A stretch of 64,000 nt of DNA from Eledone cirrhosa (taxonomy: Eukaryota). A program made the position numbers and the translations under genes. Within the stretch, counting starts at the first letter, position 1; every line of letters begins with the position of its first letter. The stretch covers positions 52,700,001 to 52,764,000 of the forward strand of contig OZ024741.1 of the NCBI GenBank assembly GCA_964016885.1, in the 5' to 3' direction. Below are positions 1 through 13,176 of the stretch, piece after piece. Below the pieces are notes generated by a model, which did not search any database, had not been told where the DNA came from, and saw only the letters and a list, made by a program, of their open reading frames with translations.

Positions 1-1206
<1,206 letters not shown>

Positions 1207-1208
<2 letters not shown>

Positions 1209-1670
1209 GGTTATGCACGAGTGCATTAATGTTTTCCAGGACACAGTGTTATGTACCGTGTAGTGGAATGTCAGCTTACAACAGAGTGGTGCTCAACGAA
1301 ATGCAGAAAAAGGTGTATATTCCAGTTTAGCTATATTCCGGGGCGTGTATAAAGAATTAAAAAGAACAGAAAGATGCAGTAAAAGAGATTTATTCGGTTC
1401 TTACGTACGTTTCAATAGACATCAATTTGGCTAAATCTCGCTACATCTATAATATTATATATTTAGTAGAGCATTCGATATCCAATGCACAATCGATCCC
1501 ATATCATCAGAGATCTCTGATGATATGGGATCGATTGCGCATTGGATATCGAATGCTCTAATAAATATATAATATTATAGATGTAGCGAGATCTAGGTAA
1601 ATTGATGTCTATTGAAACGTACGTAAGAACCGAATAAATCTCTTTTACTGCATCTTTCTGTTCTTTTTAA

Positions 1671-1672
<2 letters not shown>
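1207..1672. mobile_element. Solo Naiad-type pLTR with ~160-bp-arm palindrome; HHR motif in each arm
   Basis: Arms 1355-1513 and 1514-1672 with no spacer. Right arm reads CTGATGA(1517-1523)...GAAA-CGTACG-TA(1614-1625). Shares GCTCAACGA and TATATTCCGG with 9890-10090, and GGTTATGCA and TATATTCCGG with 21921-22130. Flanked by (TA)n. Confidence 0.8.
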
Positions 1673-1701
<29 letters not shown>

Positions 1702-1702
1702 A

Positions 1703-1961
1703 TTATACTTTGGGAGGGGTATGCTGCTAATAAAACACAAAACACACGCACCCGATGGTTTTTACTTCAATTTATGATAAATTTCCTGTTGGTTGGTTCG
1801 ATAACCGGAATGTTGTTTTTCTTATCCAAGCTCTTTCCTCACACATTCTGTGACTTCCTCAGTCACTAGATCTTTATTTTGTGTCTCTCCTTTGTTCTGT
1901 ACTACACCATTAAGGGTGAAAGCAGCGATTCTTTGCTTAAACTTTAATCTGTTATTTTAAT
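1703..1961 (+). repeat. Composite of two PLE-associated repeat fragments
   Basis: 1703-1890 resembles 3218-3440 and 20862-20960. 1910-1961 matches the terminus at 20722-20773. Confidence 0.7.
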
Positions 1962-2168
1962 ATATATATATATATATATATATAACGTCTCTTTAATTAA
2001 ACACAACCACTGTATCACTATATACATATTATATGAGCACTCTGAATATCGAAATGCAGTTTCACAACTATAGGCTTATCGTCTCATTGTGTGTGTGAGA
2101 AGAATAACATTACTGGAAATTTTAGGTCATTTATTTGATTATTCATACCTCAAGTGTTTCCAGAAAAT

Positions 2169-2236
<68 letters not shown>

Positions 2237-2708
2237 TAAAAAGAAATTCAAACACTCATATATGAAAAAACAACCTGTTTGAAGAACTTTGTAACGCAAC
2301 CTGGCACGAAATTTATTATAATTATTGACCAACCAATCAAATTACTTCTCTAAAAACTTGGCATTTCGAGCCACTTTTTTTCCATATAAAACAAGTAACA
2401 TTCAGAGACCAACCAGATGTGAGAAAAACCACAGACCCTCCATCTCAATTCTACTTTTGTAAAGCAGAAGAACTGTGAGACCGGTAAAGGAACCAAATAA
2501 ATATATATATTTTTTAAAAAATAAGACTCCAGTTCCATTTTCGATTTCATCTTTTTTTCTTTATACTTTCACTCGTGTAGGACACCTCGGTTATTTTTCA
2601 TTTTGTAAAAAAAACCCTCACTTTTCGCAACAATGCAGCACGCCATTTCTCATTTATATATATATTTATATATATATATACATACATATATATATATATA
2701 TTTATATA

Positions 2709-2824
<116 letters not shown>

Positions 2825-2954
2825 TATCTACATATATCTACATATATATACATATATATACATATATATATATATATACATATATACATATATATGTTGA
2901 TTTAAAACTGCACTATCCACAAGTGTTTTTTAGCCTTCATATCATGTCCTCCTG

Positions 2955-3021
2955 TTTTATCTGATGAAAACACAAATATTATTGTATGATGTTGTTTGTT
3001 TTTGAAATGCGCATAATAAAA
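2955..3021 (+). ncRNA. Type I hammerhead ribozyme, intact core, palindromic stem III
   Basis: TTTTAT-CTGATGA(2961-2967)-AAACA...TGTTTTT-GAAA(3004-3007)-TGCGCA-TA-ATAAAA, in a ~160-bp island between (TA)n tracts. Confidence 0.8.
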
Positions 3022-3060
3022 TACATGGAACTCCTTTAACCATCTTTTGATCTTATATAT

Positions 3061-3156
<96 letters not shown>

Positions 3157-3157
<1 letters not shown>

Positions 3158-3450
3158 CGTTTCTGAATTTGTTTAGCAAGATTCTTTATCTGAAATCGTG
3201 TGTTGAAACCGATATTGTTATACTTTGGGAGGGTCATGTTGCCAATAAGAAACACACGCACCAGTTGCTTTCACTTCAATTTAATTTAATATATATTTAT
3301 AAATTTACAAATTTATAAATTTCTGGTTGGTTGGTTGGTTCCACAACCAGATAGTTGTTTATATATATATAGTCATAGTTCTTTCGTCACACACTCTGTG
3401 ACCTCTTCAGTGACTGGGGATTTCTTTCTTCGTTTCTGTGCCTTTCCTTT
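3157..3450 (+). repeat. Dispersed repeat with degenerate HHR (family also at 1703 and 20801)
   Basis: Shared TTATACTTTGGGAGGG..AAACACACGCAC..CACTTCAATTTA. Core is CTGAAAT here versus CTGAAGA at 20834. Confidence 0.65.
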
Positions 3451-3712
3451 CTTCTATCCTACGCCATTTTGTTTGTGTGTGGGTTGCGTGCTCAGTTTGC
3501 GCATGCGCCACATCCGGGTGTCTGTGTGTGTTTGTGTTCATTTTTCTATTTTTCTATTTATATTTGTTTGTTTATTTATTTATTTATTGTTGGTTGGTTG
3601 TTTGTTCTATGTGTGTGTGTGTTTTCATTTTGTCTTGTGTGTGTTTTCATTTTGTGTGTGTTTTCAATTGTAAGTTGTTTGTTCTATGTGTGTGTGTGTT
3701 TTCATTTTGTCC

Positions 3713-4387
3713 TTAATTGTAAGTTGTGATGTTGCTGTTCCACTCATATTTTCTATTTAATTTTGGTTTTAATTCTTTTATGCTTACTGCCTCTGTAATT
3801 TGCCTAAACATTGCGTCTTTCTTGTGTGTGGATTCTATTTTTATTTCTATGCTCTCTAATTTACCCCTGTGTTCTATCTTAGCATGTTGGTAGAGCACAG
3901 ATGATTCTTTACTATCTTGGAGGTCTCGCCAGTGTTCATTTATTCGTTCCCCTATACTACGAGCTGTCTCACCTATGTACACTATATTTTTGTTTCTACA
4001 TTGTCCTTCAGTACATCTTATGCTATATACTACATTTCTAGTTTTACAGTTAATATGGGGGCTTATTTTACAGGTTATACATTTCTTATCTATACATGAG
4101 GGTCTTTGGAACAGGTATGTCTTGCTAATAAGTGTTTTTACGGAGGTACCAGGTCTTTCTACTATCTTAATATTGAGATTATGTTTCTTTAGGGCCCTTC
4201 TAAATTTGTAGGCTAGTTCGCCTCTAGGGGTTGTATTGATGAACATTACACTCTGGTATTTATTGCTATCATACCATGAGTTTATTCTATTGGCCTTGTT
4301 CTTAGTTCTTTCTATTCTATTCCAAAATTTGCTCCTATACAAGGGGCAGGTCCCATTTATGTCATTATTTACCATTTTTTTTCCCAT
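3713..4387 (-). CDS. PLE (Neptune-type) C-terminal linker plus GIY-YIG endonuclease; frameshifted continuation of 4369-6411
   Basis: CIDKKCITC..CKTRNVVYSIRC..C..YIGETARSIGERINEH..H..H..RQITEA..I..LN. The shift falls at a T8 homopolymer (~4375-4382). Confidence 0.85.
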   Translation of the reverse strand: MGKKMVNNDINGTCPLYRSKFWNRIERTKNKANRINSWYDSNKYQSVMFINTTPRGELAYKFRRALKKHNLNIKIVERPGTSVKTLISKTYLFQRPSCIDKKCITCKISPHINCKTRNVVYSIRCTEGQCRNKNIVYIGETARSIGERINEHWRDLQDSKESSVLYQHAKIEHRGKLESIEIKIESTHKKDAMFRQITEAVSIKELKPKLNRKYEWNSNITTYN

Positions 4388-6411
4388 TTGGTTCTGGCTC
4401 CTTTATACACTCTGATTCTATCTCTCTGATTGTAGCCAGAGAACTGCATACGGTGGATGAAGTGTTGTATGTGTCTCTCTAGTTCTTCGGGGTTGCACAT
4501 GCGGGACACATTTCTCATCACCCGTACCAAATCCGCAATCAGTATGTTGATTTTGGTATGGTCCGAAATGGCCGAGTTTCGGTGGATCAGATGTTTGGAA
4601 GTCATGGGTTTGGCATAATGGGAATGGAGGATTTGTTTTTGGTTGTTAATAGTATCTAACCAGAGCTCTGTGTCTAGTACAGGTAATCGATGGTTGGGGT
4701 ATCTACTTGGGTAGTCTATAGTAACTCTAATGCTCTGGTGGATGGAGTTTGCTATTTGCTGGATGCTTTCCATTGTGTTTTTCTCTGGTTCCTGACTGTT
4801 CTTTAGTGGGGGTGTCTTAACTACGATGTTTATATCATCTACGTAGCGGGAGTACATTATCAGGGTTAAGCTGTCTTCTAATTGTTCATTAAGTTTTTGT
4901 TTAAGTCTACTGTCCCACCATACCATGAACAAGTTAGCTATGTCGCCTGCAATGCTAACACCAATGGCTGCTCCTTCCTCTTGGGCATATGTTTTACCAT
5001 TAAATTTGAACATATGTTCCTTAAGGGTTAATTTTATGCTGGCCCCTACCGCATGTGCAATCATTTTCTTCAGTTCATCGTGGTTTTCGGGTGTCCGTAT
5101 GGCTCTGGTCCACCCGTTCCATCTATCTGTGTGGGTTTTCTTGGCCATTGAGGTAATGGTAGGTGGTCTGCCTCTTGCTGGTCTTGTAGGGCACAGGTTG
5201 CTAAGGTCATAAGTGTCTAGGTAACTATTACTATGGGTAAGCTTAAGTAGAAGTCCCAGCTCACTGGTATCAATCCCACGGAACTCAACCTTGCTCTCGC
5301 TGATCATTTCGACGCATTTCTCCACAGCAAAATCCACGTCAATAGATGGATACAGGGACACAACATCCATACTGCCTATTATGCAGTTTGTTAGGTCCCC
5401 AGATCGGTTACCCGCGCCGATTCTGCTGAGGAGGTCCTCCGTGCTGTCACACACATCTGGGGACATCTCAATGATGGGGCGTATGATCAGGGAGAGGAAG
5501 TAGGACAGTCTGTAGTTACTAGCAATGTTAGCCCCACAGACTGGCCGTGTTGGTGGTCCCGCGACAGGGTCCCAGCCCGTTTTATGGTCTTTTCGAAGCC
5601 CATACAACGCCGGCACGTCATTGTTCCAGGCCTGGAAGTTGTTGGCAGTCCTTTTGTTGGGCTGCATTATATTTGTCCACATCACCATATGGGCATTGAG
5701 GGTTTTTTCTCTATCCTCATGCTCCTGTGGTGTTACCTCTCTTGTGTTAGTGATGTGGGGTTGCATTGCCTGGATGTAGTTTGGCAGGCTGTCAACCGAC
5801 ATTCTGCCAGACTTGTCTGTTGGAAAGCATGCTATCTCTCCATTACGCGAGCGCTGTATGAGCTTACGCAAGCCATTTGCAGATTCTTCTCCCAGTTGCT
5901 GGGCCTCTATTCTATTATGCTTCTTGCTATACTGTTCTATAATATTTCTAAGTTCGGATTTAGCTATACTAAATTGTGCTTCTGTTTGTTCATCGACCTG
6001 CGACGGCAACTGCGTGCGTTTGTTAAATGGCAAAGTCGTGGCGTGGACTCGTCGTAGGTCGAATGATTTATCGGAGGGGTTATAAAACGGAGAGTTCCAG
6101 GCTGCTGCTTTATGTCTACTAGTGCTATTGTTAGTTGTGTTGTTTCTATTTCCACCAACAGCAGCAGCCTCAGCTTCATGGTTGTTTCTATGTCTCTCAT
6201 AATTACTCCTGTCTCTTTCCACTGGCTCAATGTTGTTATCTACCCTATTTTGTGTGTCTGTGTGTTCGTCTTGGTTATTCTCTTTGTCCTTAGCCTCCCT
6301 TCTCCTTTTAATCCTATTACTTTCTCTTATTTCTCTGATTTCTGTGCTACTGTCATTACTTGTTTTCTGTGTCTGTGTGTTTGTTAAGATTGTAGTGGTG
6401 GTGAGAGGCAT
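4369..6411 (-). CDS. PLE (Neptune-type) reverse transcriptase
   Basis: PTDKSG, LYGLRKDHK, TRPV, SMDVVSLYPSI, QEEGAAIG, RYVDD, LPVLD and HYAKP motifs. The frame extends upstream into a Thr-rich repeat. Confidence 0.92.
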   Translation of the reverse strand: MPLTTTTILTNTQTQKTSNDSSTEIREIRESNRIKRRREAKDKENNQDEHTDTQNRVDNNIEPVERDRSNYERHRNNHEAEAAAVGGNRNNTTNNSTSRHKAAAWNSPFYNPSDKSFDLRRVHATTLPFNKRTQLPSQVDEQTEAQFSIAKSELRNIIEQYSKKHNRIEAQQLGEESANGLRKLIQRSRNGEIACFPTDKSGRMSVDSLPNYIQAMQPHITNTREVTPQEHEDREKTLNAHMVMWTNIMQPNKRTANNFQAWNNDVPALYGLRKDHKTGWDPVAGPPTRPVCGANIASNYRLSYFLSLIIRPIIEMSPDVCDSTEDLLSRIGAGNRSGDLTNCIIGSMDVVSLYPSIDVDFAVEKCVEMISESKVEFRGIDTSELGLLLKLTHSNSYLDTYDLSNLCPTRPARGRPPTITSMAKKTHTDRWNGWTRAIRTPENHDELKKMIAHAVGASIKLTLKEHMFKFNGKTYAQEEGAAIGVSIAGDIANLFMVWWDSRLKQKLNEQLEDSLTLIMYSRYVDDINIVVKTPPLKNSQEPEKNTMESIQQIANSIHQSIRVTIDYPSRYPNHRLPVLDTELWLDTINNQKQILHSHYAKPMTSKHLIHRNSAISDHTKINILIADLVRVMRNVSRMCNPEELERHIQHFIHRMQFSGYNQRDRIRVYKGARTKWEKKW

Positions 6412-6497
6412 TGAATGTGTGTGTGTTGTTGTTGTTGATGTGTGTTGTTGTCTCCGTGTGTGTGTGTGTTATCGTTGTTGTGTGTGTTGTTATTGTT

Positions 6498-6983
6498 CCA
6501 ACAACATCCCAACAACAACAGACACACAGACACAAACAACAATAACAACAACAATAGCAACATACCCAGATACAACACCAACAATAGCAACATACCCAGA
6601 TACAACAGACACGCAGACACAAACAACAATAACAACACACACGGAGACAACAATAACAACAACACACACATCAACAACAACAACAACAGCAACATACCCA
6701 GATACAACAACAACAGACACGCAAACACAAACAACAATAACAACACACACAACAACGATAACACACACACACACGGAGACAACAACACACATCAACAACA
6801 ACACACATCAACAAGGTTGAGTTCCGTGGGATTGATACCAGTGAGCTGGGACTTCTACTTAAGCTTACCCATAGTAATAGTTACCTAGACACTTATGACC
6901 TTAGCAACCTGTGCCCTACAAGACCAGCAAGAGGCAGACCACCTACCATTACCTCAATGGCCAAGAAAACCCACACAGATAGA
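6498..6983 (+). mobile_element. Inverted 5' pieces of the Neptune-type PLE
   Basis: 6498-6811 is the Thr-rich repeat inverted, and its end duplicates ~6416-6497. 6812-6983 is the reverse complement of 5122-5293. Confidence 0.85.
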
Positions 6984-7557
6984 CTGAATACCTATGTATC
7001 GCTGCTTGCGTAATCATGTAATGTTAGCAAGTATTCGATAGCAAATGTATAATCATTTGTCACTTCTTCAGAGATTTTGGATAAATTGGATAAAATCAGA
7101 AAAATTGAAGTATTTATATTAGTAATAGAGGAAGAAAAAGAGGGGATAGTATATGACAGATGGTAAATCAATTTACTGCTAAACAAGTATATAATGGGTT
7201 TCTAATGAGAATACCATGAGTAAATGGTTCATTTTATCTAAATATGAATTTTTGGGAGTGCCAATTTTAATCTCTACTTGACCAATTGGACAGTGGTCAG
7301 GGCTGGTCATTTGGTATAGTAGTATTAATTATAAAGTGTCAATTGGGGAAGGGGGAGATTTCGATTGCTACTGAATAACATCAATCTTAGTAGTCAGCTG
7401 GTATATGCACTAGGGAATTGAATCAAGAAATCAGAAATCTCATTTTATCTATAGCAGTTTATATTAAAAGGTAAATAATAGAAGAGTTGATAGAATTAAG
7501 ACTAATAAAGAATGTTAATATCTATTTTGACAATCAAACGGGGATAGAGACAGGCGT

Positions 7558-9875
7558 TCAATCCTGGTAGTATTTATAATATGAAAATGTAGATTTTAAG
7601 CGATGGTTACAGTATAACGATCGCTCTATTCTGTTATTTAATAAAATGTTTTTGGATTTCATAATACAAAATAATTCTACATTACATAATTTACAATATT
7701 CCTGTCCATGGGATATGGGGGGGCAGCCGCTATTATATCCCATTTTAGGTGAAATTGTTGGTTATTTTCACGCAGCTGCCAAGCCTTGTCTGCGAGTGTT
7801 GTTACATAACGCTGGTTTTCATGTTTTATCGAGTAACGATGTCTATAAAGGCGTGATTTGAAGGAGGTGGCTGTAGATCCCACATAGTACCACTTCTGTC
7901 TATCCGATTCGATAGTACATTTGTATACGATGTTGCGTTCAAGACACTGATTGTTCAACGGACACATTCCTGGTTGGACACAGTTGCAATTATAATTTTG
8001 CGTTGTTGTATTGTCATGGATGGGTTGATGAGGTTGCTTATGTAGGACAGGATGTTGTTTTTTGTTTTGTGATGTTATAGCTAATGTTTTACGTGTATTG
8101 TTATGTGTTGGAATGCGTTTATACAACCGTTTTGCGTTAAGCTTTTTTATATGTTGTTCAATATTAGGGGCGGTTGAATATGAAAGTCGAATAGTGTTAG
8201 GGTTTAAGATTTTATTATATTTATGTGATGTTGGAAAGTGTTTTTTAACTAATCGAAAGAATTTTGAGGTTAGATTGGTTTTAATAGAGTTGTTATAGAC
8301 CGGGTTGTACCAAATATACTCCTTACATCGCCTTCTTTTTGGTGGTGTGCGACTATTATTGTGTCTATTGCGGTAGTGTATGTATGGTGGTGATTCTGTG
8401 CTATTTCTACTCCTATGGGATTTATTTTGGGTGTTTTGGTGATCTTCGACTATATACTCTATATTATCTAGGTGACCGGCTTTCCTAAGTGCATCATCAT
8501 AATATTCGGCATGTTCTTTGAAGGTTTGTTGGTTGGACGACAGGCGGGAGATTCTAAGAGAGACATTTCTAGGGATGGATTTAATTATAGAGAGTGGATG
8601 GTTGGAACTCGTATTTACATATTTAAGGTTCTCATTTAGTTTATGGAACGGTTTAATCGTATCTGTATTGAGATTGAAAGTAACATCAAGGAAATTGACC
8701 TCTTTGAGGTTATATTCAAATGTAATATTTAATCCTAGTTCCTTAAAAAGCTTTCTGATATTTTTACGCATCCTTTCTAAATTCTGGTTATTCATATGCT
8801 TAACTAATAGGAGCGCATCGTCACGGTAGATTCCACCGTGGAGATCCTTGAATTTTCCTTGTAATCTGTGGGTGATATAAATTCCCACAAGATCTGTTAC
8901 TTCCGCCGAATCATTAGAACCCATAGTGATATCAAAATTAGAAGGTCTATCTTTGCGAACCCAGTAGCTATCATCGAATTTAACTATAGTTTTCCTCGCT
9001 TCCATAATAATTTTAATTTCAGCATCCGTAAGGTCGGAATTATCCTTAGCGAACGAAAGAGCTTCATGTAGAGTATCAGGTGAAATTGAGGAATAATATT
9101 CATCAATATCAAACTGAATAAATTTTGATTTTTTCTTATCAGTAATGTTATTAAACCATCTTATTGCTTGATGAGTGTTACCCCATAGTTTAATTTCTAC
9201 TTTAACCTTAACTTGGGGGATAATTCTGTCTAGTATATATTTGCTAATTTTGCCTATATCAGATTTAGAGGGGCATATAAGTCTAATATTAGGGTTAGTA
9301 TCGAAGTTTACCTTGTGGTCCTTCAGGTTGAAGGATGGTATAGCTGGTGTTAAGGGTTGCGTTCTATCGTCAATACAAAGTTTTTTAACAATTTCACATG
9401 CCGCGTTGTTGATGTTTTTAAGTGTAGCTTCATTAGTTTTCCTGTATTTTTTATGCAATTCCTTACGGATGAAGTTATTGTAAGTGTCCACATCCATGGT
9501 ATATACGTTTGATGTTTTGTCTGCTCTAACAATAATTCCATTGGCGTTTTTTAGATTATTGAGCAGTGCCGTGATGTCATTCTGTAGTTTATTGTTCTTC
9601 CGTTTTGTAAATTTGATCTCCATGATCATATCCATTAGGTCTTGTTCAAATGCATCCAAAAGTGGGTTTGAGGGTGGGTTCTTGTAAGATTTAAATCCAA
9701 ATTTATCCTTGTTAAGATCCGTTGTTTGGTTTATACGGCTTTTGTCAAAATGGAATGTTTTCCATCTGATTCGTCGAATAAAATCATTGGTCCTTCGTAT
9801 CATACCTAGAATATATTCCCTTTTTGCCTGAATAGGTATGTTTTTTAACGACATATCGAATTGGTGCCTTTCCAT
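7558..9875 (-). CDS. Naiad-type PLE RT plus GIY-YIG protein (one frameshift near 7720)
   Basis: SLKNIP, ADKT, LKDHK, QFDIDEYYSSI, FDITMGS, IYRDD, FLDV, SNHP, CNC..CPL..C, IVY..YVG. The C-terminus CKLCNVE..LN.R.E..CNH is in the 7558-7743 frame, after a G7 run. Confidence 0.92.
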
Positions 9876-10075
9876 TTTAGAGGCGTATGCTGAATTAGTT
9901 GCTCAACTGTATAGGAGATTAATAAAATTTCAGGTTATCAATAATGTAGTGATAATATATCGCTACGTTAGAGATGAACAGCGTACGTGCAGGTTTGCTC
10001 AACGAGTATAAATTATATTCCGGAGAAAATGTAGAAAGGATGAATATAAAATGAAAAAGGAATTTATTAGGTATT

Positions 10076-10184
10076 GACATATGTTTCTGTAACAGACGGA
10101 ATACCTATGTATCGCTGCTTGCGTAATCATATAATGTTAGCAAGTATTCGATAGCAAATGTATAATCAGTTGTCACTTCTTCAG
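10076..10184 (-). ncRNA. Type I hammerhead with ~90-nt stem II insertion in the 5' pLTR
   Basis: Minus strand reads CTGAAGA-A-GTGACA...TGTTAC-A-GAAA-CATATG-TC. Confidence 0.7.
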
Positions 10185-10247
10185 AGATTTTGGATAAATT
10201 GGATAAAATCAGAAAAATTGAAGTATTTATATTAGTAATAGAGGAAG

Positions 10248-10291
<44 letters not shown>

Positions 10292-10293
<2 letters not shown>

Positions 10294-10840
10294 TCGGGTC
10301 GTTGGCGACTAAACTGGCAACCCCATCAAGGTTTATTGGTGAGGAGGGTGACTTTGGACATCCTGCAGGACTAAAAACAAAACCTGTCAAAGGCCAAAGG
10401 AGCTCTTAAGAGTCAATGGCCATCCAAAATCACCGGGTGAGATCACCCCTTAGCCTTTGTCGGGGCAGAATTCTAGGAGAAGGAAAACTCTGATATAACA
10501 CCTGCAACCCTGATGGTATCCAATGATGTTGACTTGTTCTTCTTTTTGGTAAATATCATCTTGGTTAAGAGACTGGGACTGGCTTTGTGCAGTGCCTTTG
10601 CTCACTATAAAAGCTTCACGACACAGGCATTGCTTTATATCTGGAGATCTCTCTGCACTTGTCGTAACATGGTACCATGGGCCCAGCACTGTGTCAATAA
10701 TTGTCACATGTGTAGTGTTTGTACCAGAGTTTTCAAGTCGCTGGCTGGACTAAAAAGTCACACTCGTCAGCGCATCGGTAGGCGTTCTCCTACATGGATA
10801 TAAAGTAGTGGCCGTACACGAAAACGAGTTGGCAGCCACC
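10292..10840 (+). mobile_element. Internally deleted non-autonomous RTE-like LINE derivative
   Basis: RTE-like 5' motifs (GGCGACTAAACTGGCAACC, GGAGAAGGAAAACTCTGA) joined to a terminal C2H2-like finger CSVCTRVFKSLAGLKSH. Lies between (TA)n tracts. Confidence 0.6.
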
Positions 10841-10859
10841 ATGTATATATATATATAAA

Positions 10860-11277
10860 AAATAACAAGAGGCTGGACTGGTGTAAATCCTTGAAAAGTT
10901 TATTATACTATGATCATTTCAATGAACGGGTTTCGTATGAATCTGGTGATATCATCAGGTATTCGAAATATAACAAAGGAATATATAAAATCCTTGGGTC
11001 CGAAAAACAAAGACAAAGAGGACGACTGACCATCTAGCTGCTTTCACATCGGTCAGTCGCCCTCAAGGCGCCCACTTGAGGGCGACTGACCGAGGTGAAA
11101 GCAGCTAGTTGGTCAGTCGTCCTCTTTGTCTCTGATTTTTCGGACCCATGGATTTTATATATTCCTTTGTTATATTTCGAATACCTGATGATATCACCGG
11201 ATTCATAGGGAAACCGGTCATTGAAATGATCATAGTATAATAAACTTTTCAAGGATTTACACCAGTCCAGCCTCTTG

Positions 11278-11283
<6 letters not shown>
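10860..11283. mobile_element. Palindromic pLTR-like element (~208-bp arms, 7-nt loop) with a type I HHR in each arm
   Basis: Arms 10860-11067 and 11075-11283. Right arm reads ATAC-CTGATGA(11185-11191)..ACCGG/CCGGT..GAAA-TGATCA-TA-GTAT. Confidence 0.85.
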
Positions 11284-11358
<75 letters not shown>

Positions 11359-11359
11359 C

Positions 11360-12637
<1,278 letters not shown>

Positions 12638-12640
<3 letters not shown>

Positions 12641-12905
12641 GTTGACAAATATATCAATGTGCCCAGACACGCAAATATATTGCCCTTGGTATGACATGAG
12701 GGCGACCGATCTAAATGTTCGGTCGCCCTTATGTCTCTGATTTTCAGCCCCATGGATTTTGTCTTTTATATTCCTTCCTTTGTTATATTTCAAATACCTG
12801 ATGATGTCACCGGATTCATACTGAACCCGGTCATTGAAATGATCATAGTATAATAAACCTTTCAAGGAAATACACCCTCCTGTTATTACAGCCTCCTGTT
12901 ATTTT
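12638..12905 (+). mobile_element. Second copy of the 10860-11283 family with type I HHR
   Basis: CTGATGA 12798-12804 and GAAA-TGATCA-TA 12836-12847. Colinear with 11120-11283. Confidence 0.8.
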
Positions 12906-13107
12906 ATAATAATTAACTCCGTACTCACACCACCAACTACACAAACGAAGACGGGTGAGTTGCATTACATTGAGTGCTCTCCATAATATTACATCGAGGT
13001 TGACCATACGGAATGACCAGTTCTATCCAGTGGCAAACCAACAAACCTAACTAAATATATATATATATATCCATGGAAAATGCCGTTGTTTCTTTTGATA
13101 TACTGGT

Positions 13108-13176
13108 GGTGAATAGTCCAGTCTTATAAAGCAACCGAAATTATAATGATCCCAAGAAAGGTAGCCGATGAGCGGT
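13108..13176 (+). ncRNA. Divergent copy of the reverse-order hammerhead/K-turn motif (core U4C)
   Basis: GG-T-GA-ATAG-TC-CAGTCTT-ATAAAGC-AACC-GAAA-TTAT-AAT-GA-T-CC..AAGGTAG-CCGATGA-GCGGT, in an island between (TA)n tracts. Confidence 0.55.

Larger units (their letters stand above)
6981..10250 (-). mobile_element. Near full-length Naiad-type PLE with direct partial pLTRs
   Basis: Direct repeats 6981-7137 and 10094-10250 flank the ORF. The 5' end abuts (TA)n. Confidence 0.92.

Noticed and set aside
2400-2500. Possible further copy of the reverse-order motif upstream of the shared terminus at ~2635-2654
   Set aside because: No CTGANGA or matching stems found; only the 3' terminus is shared.
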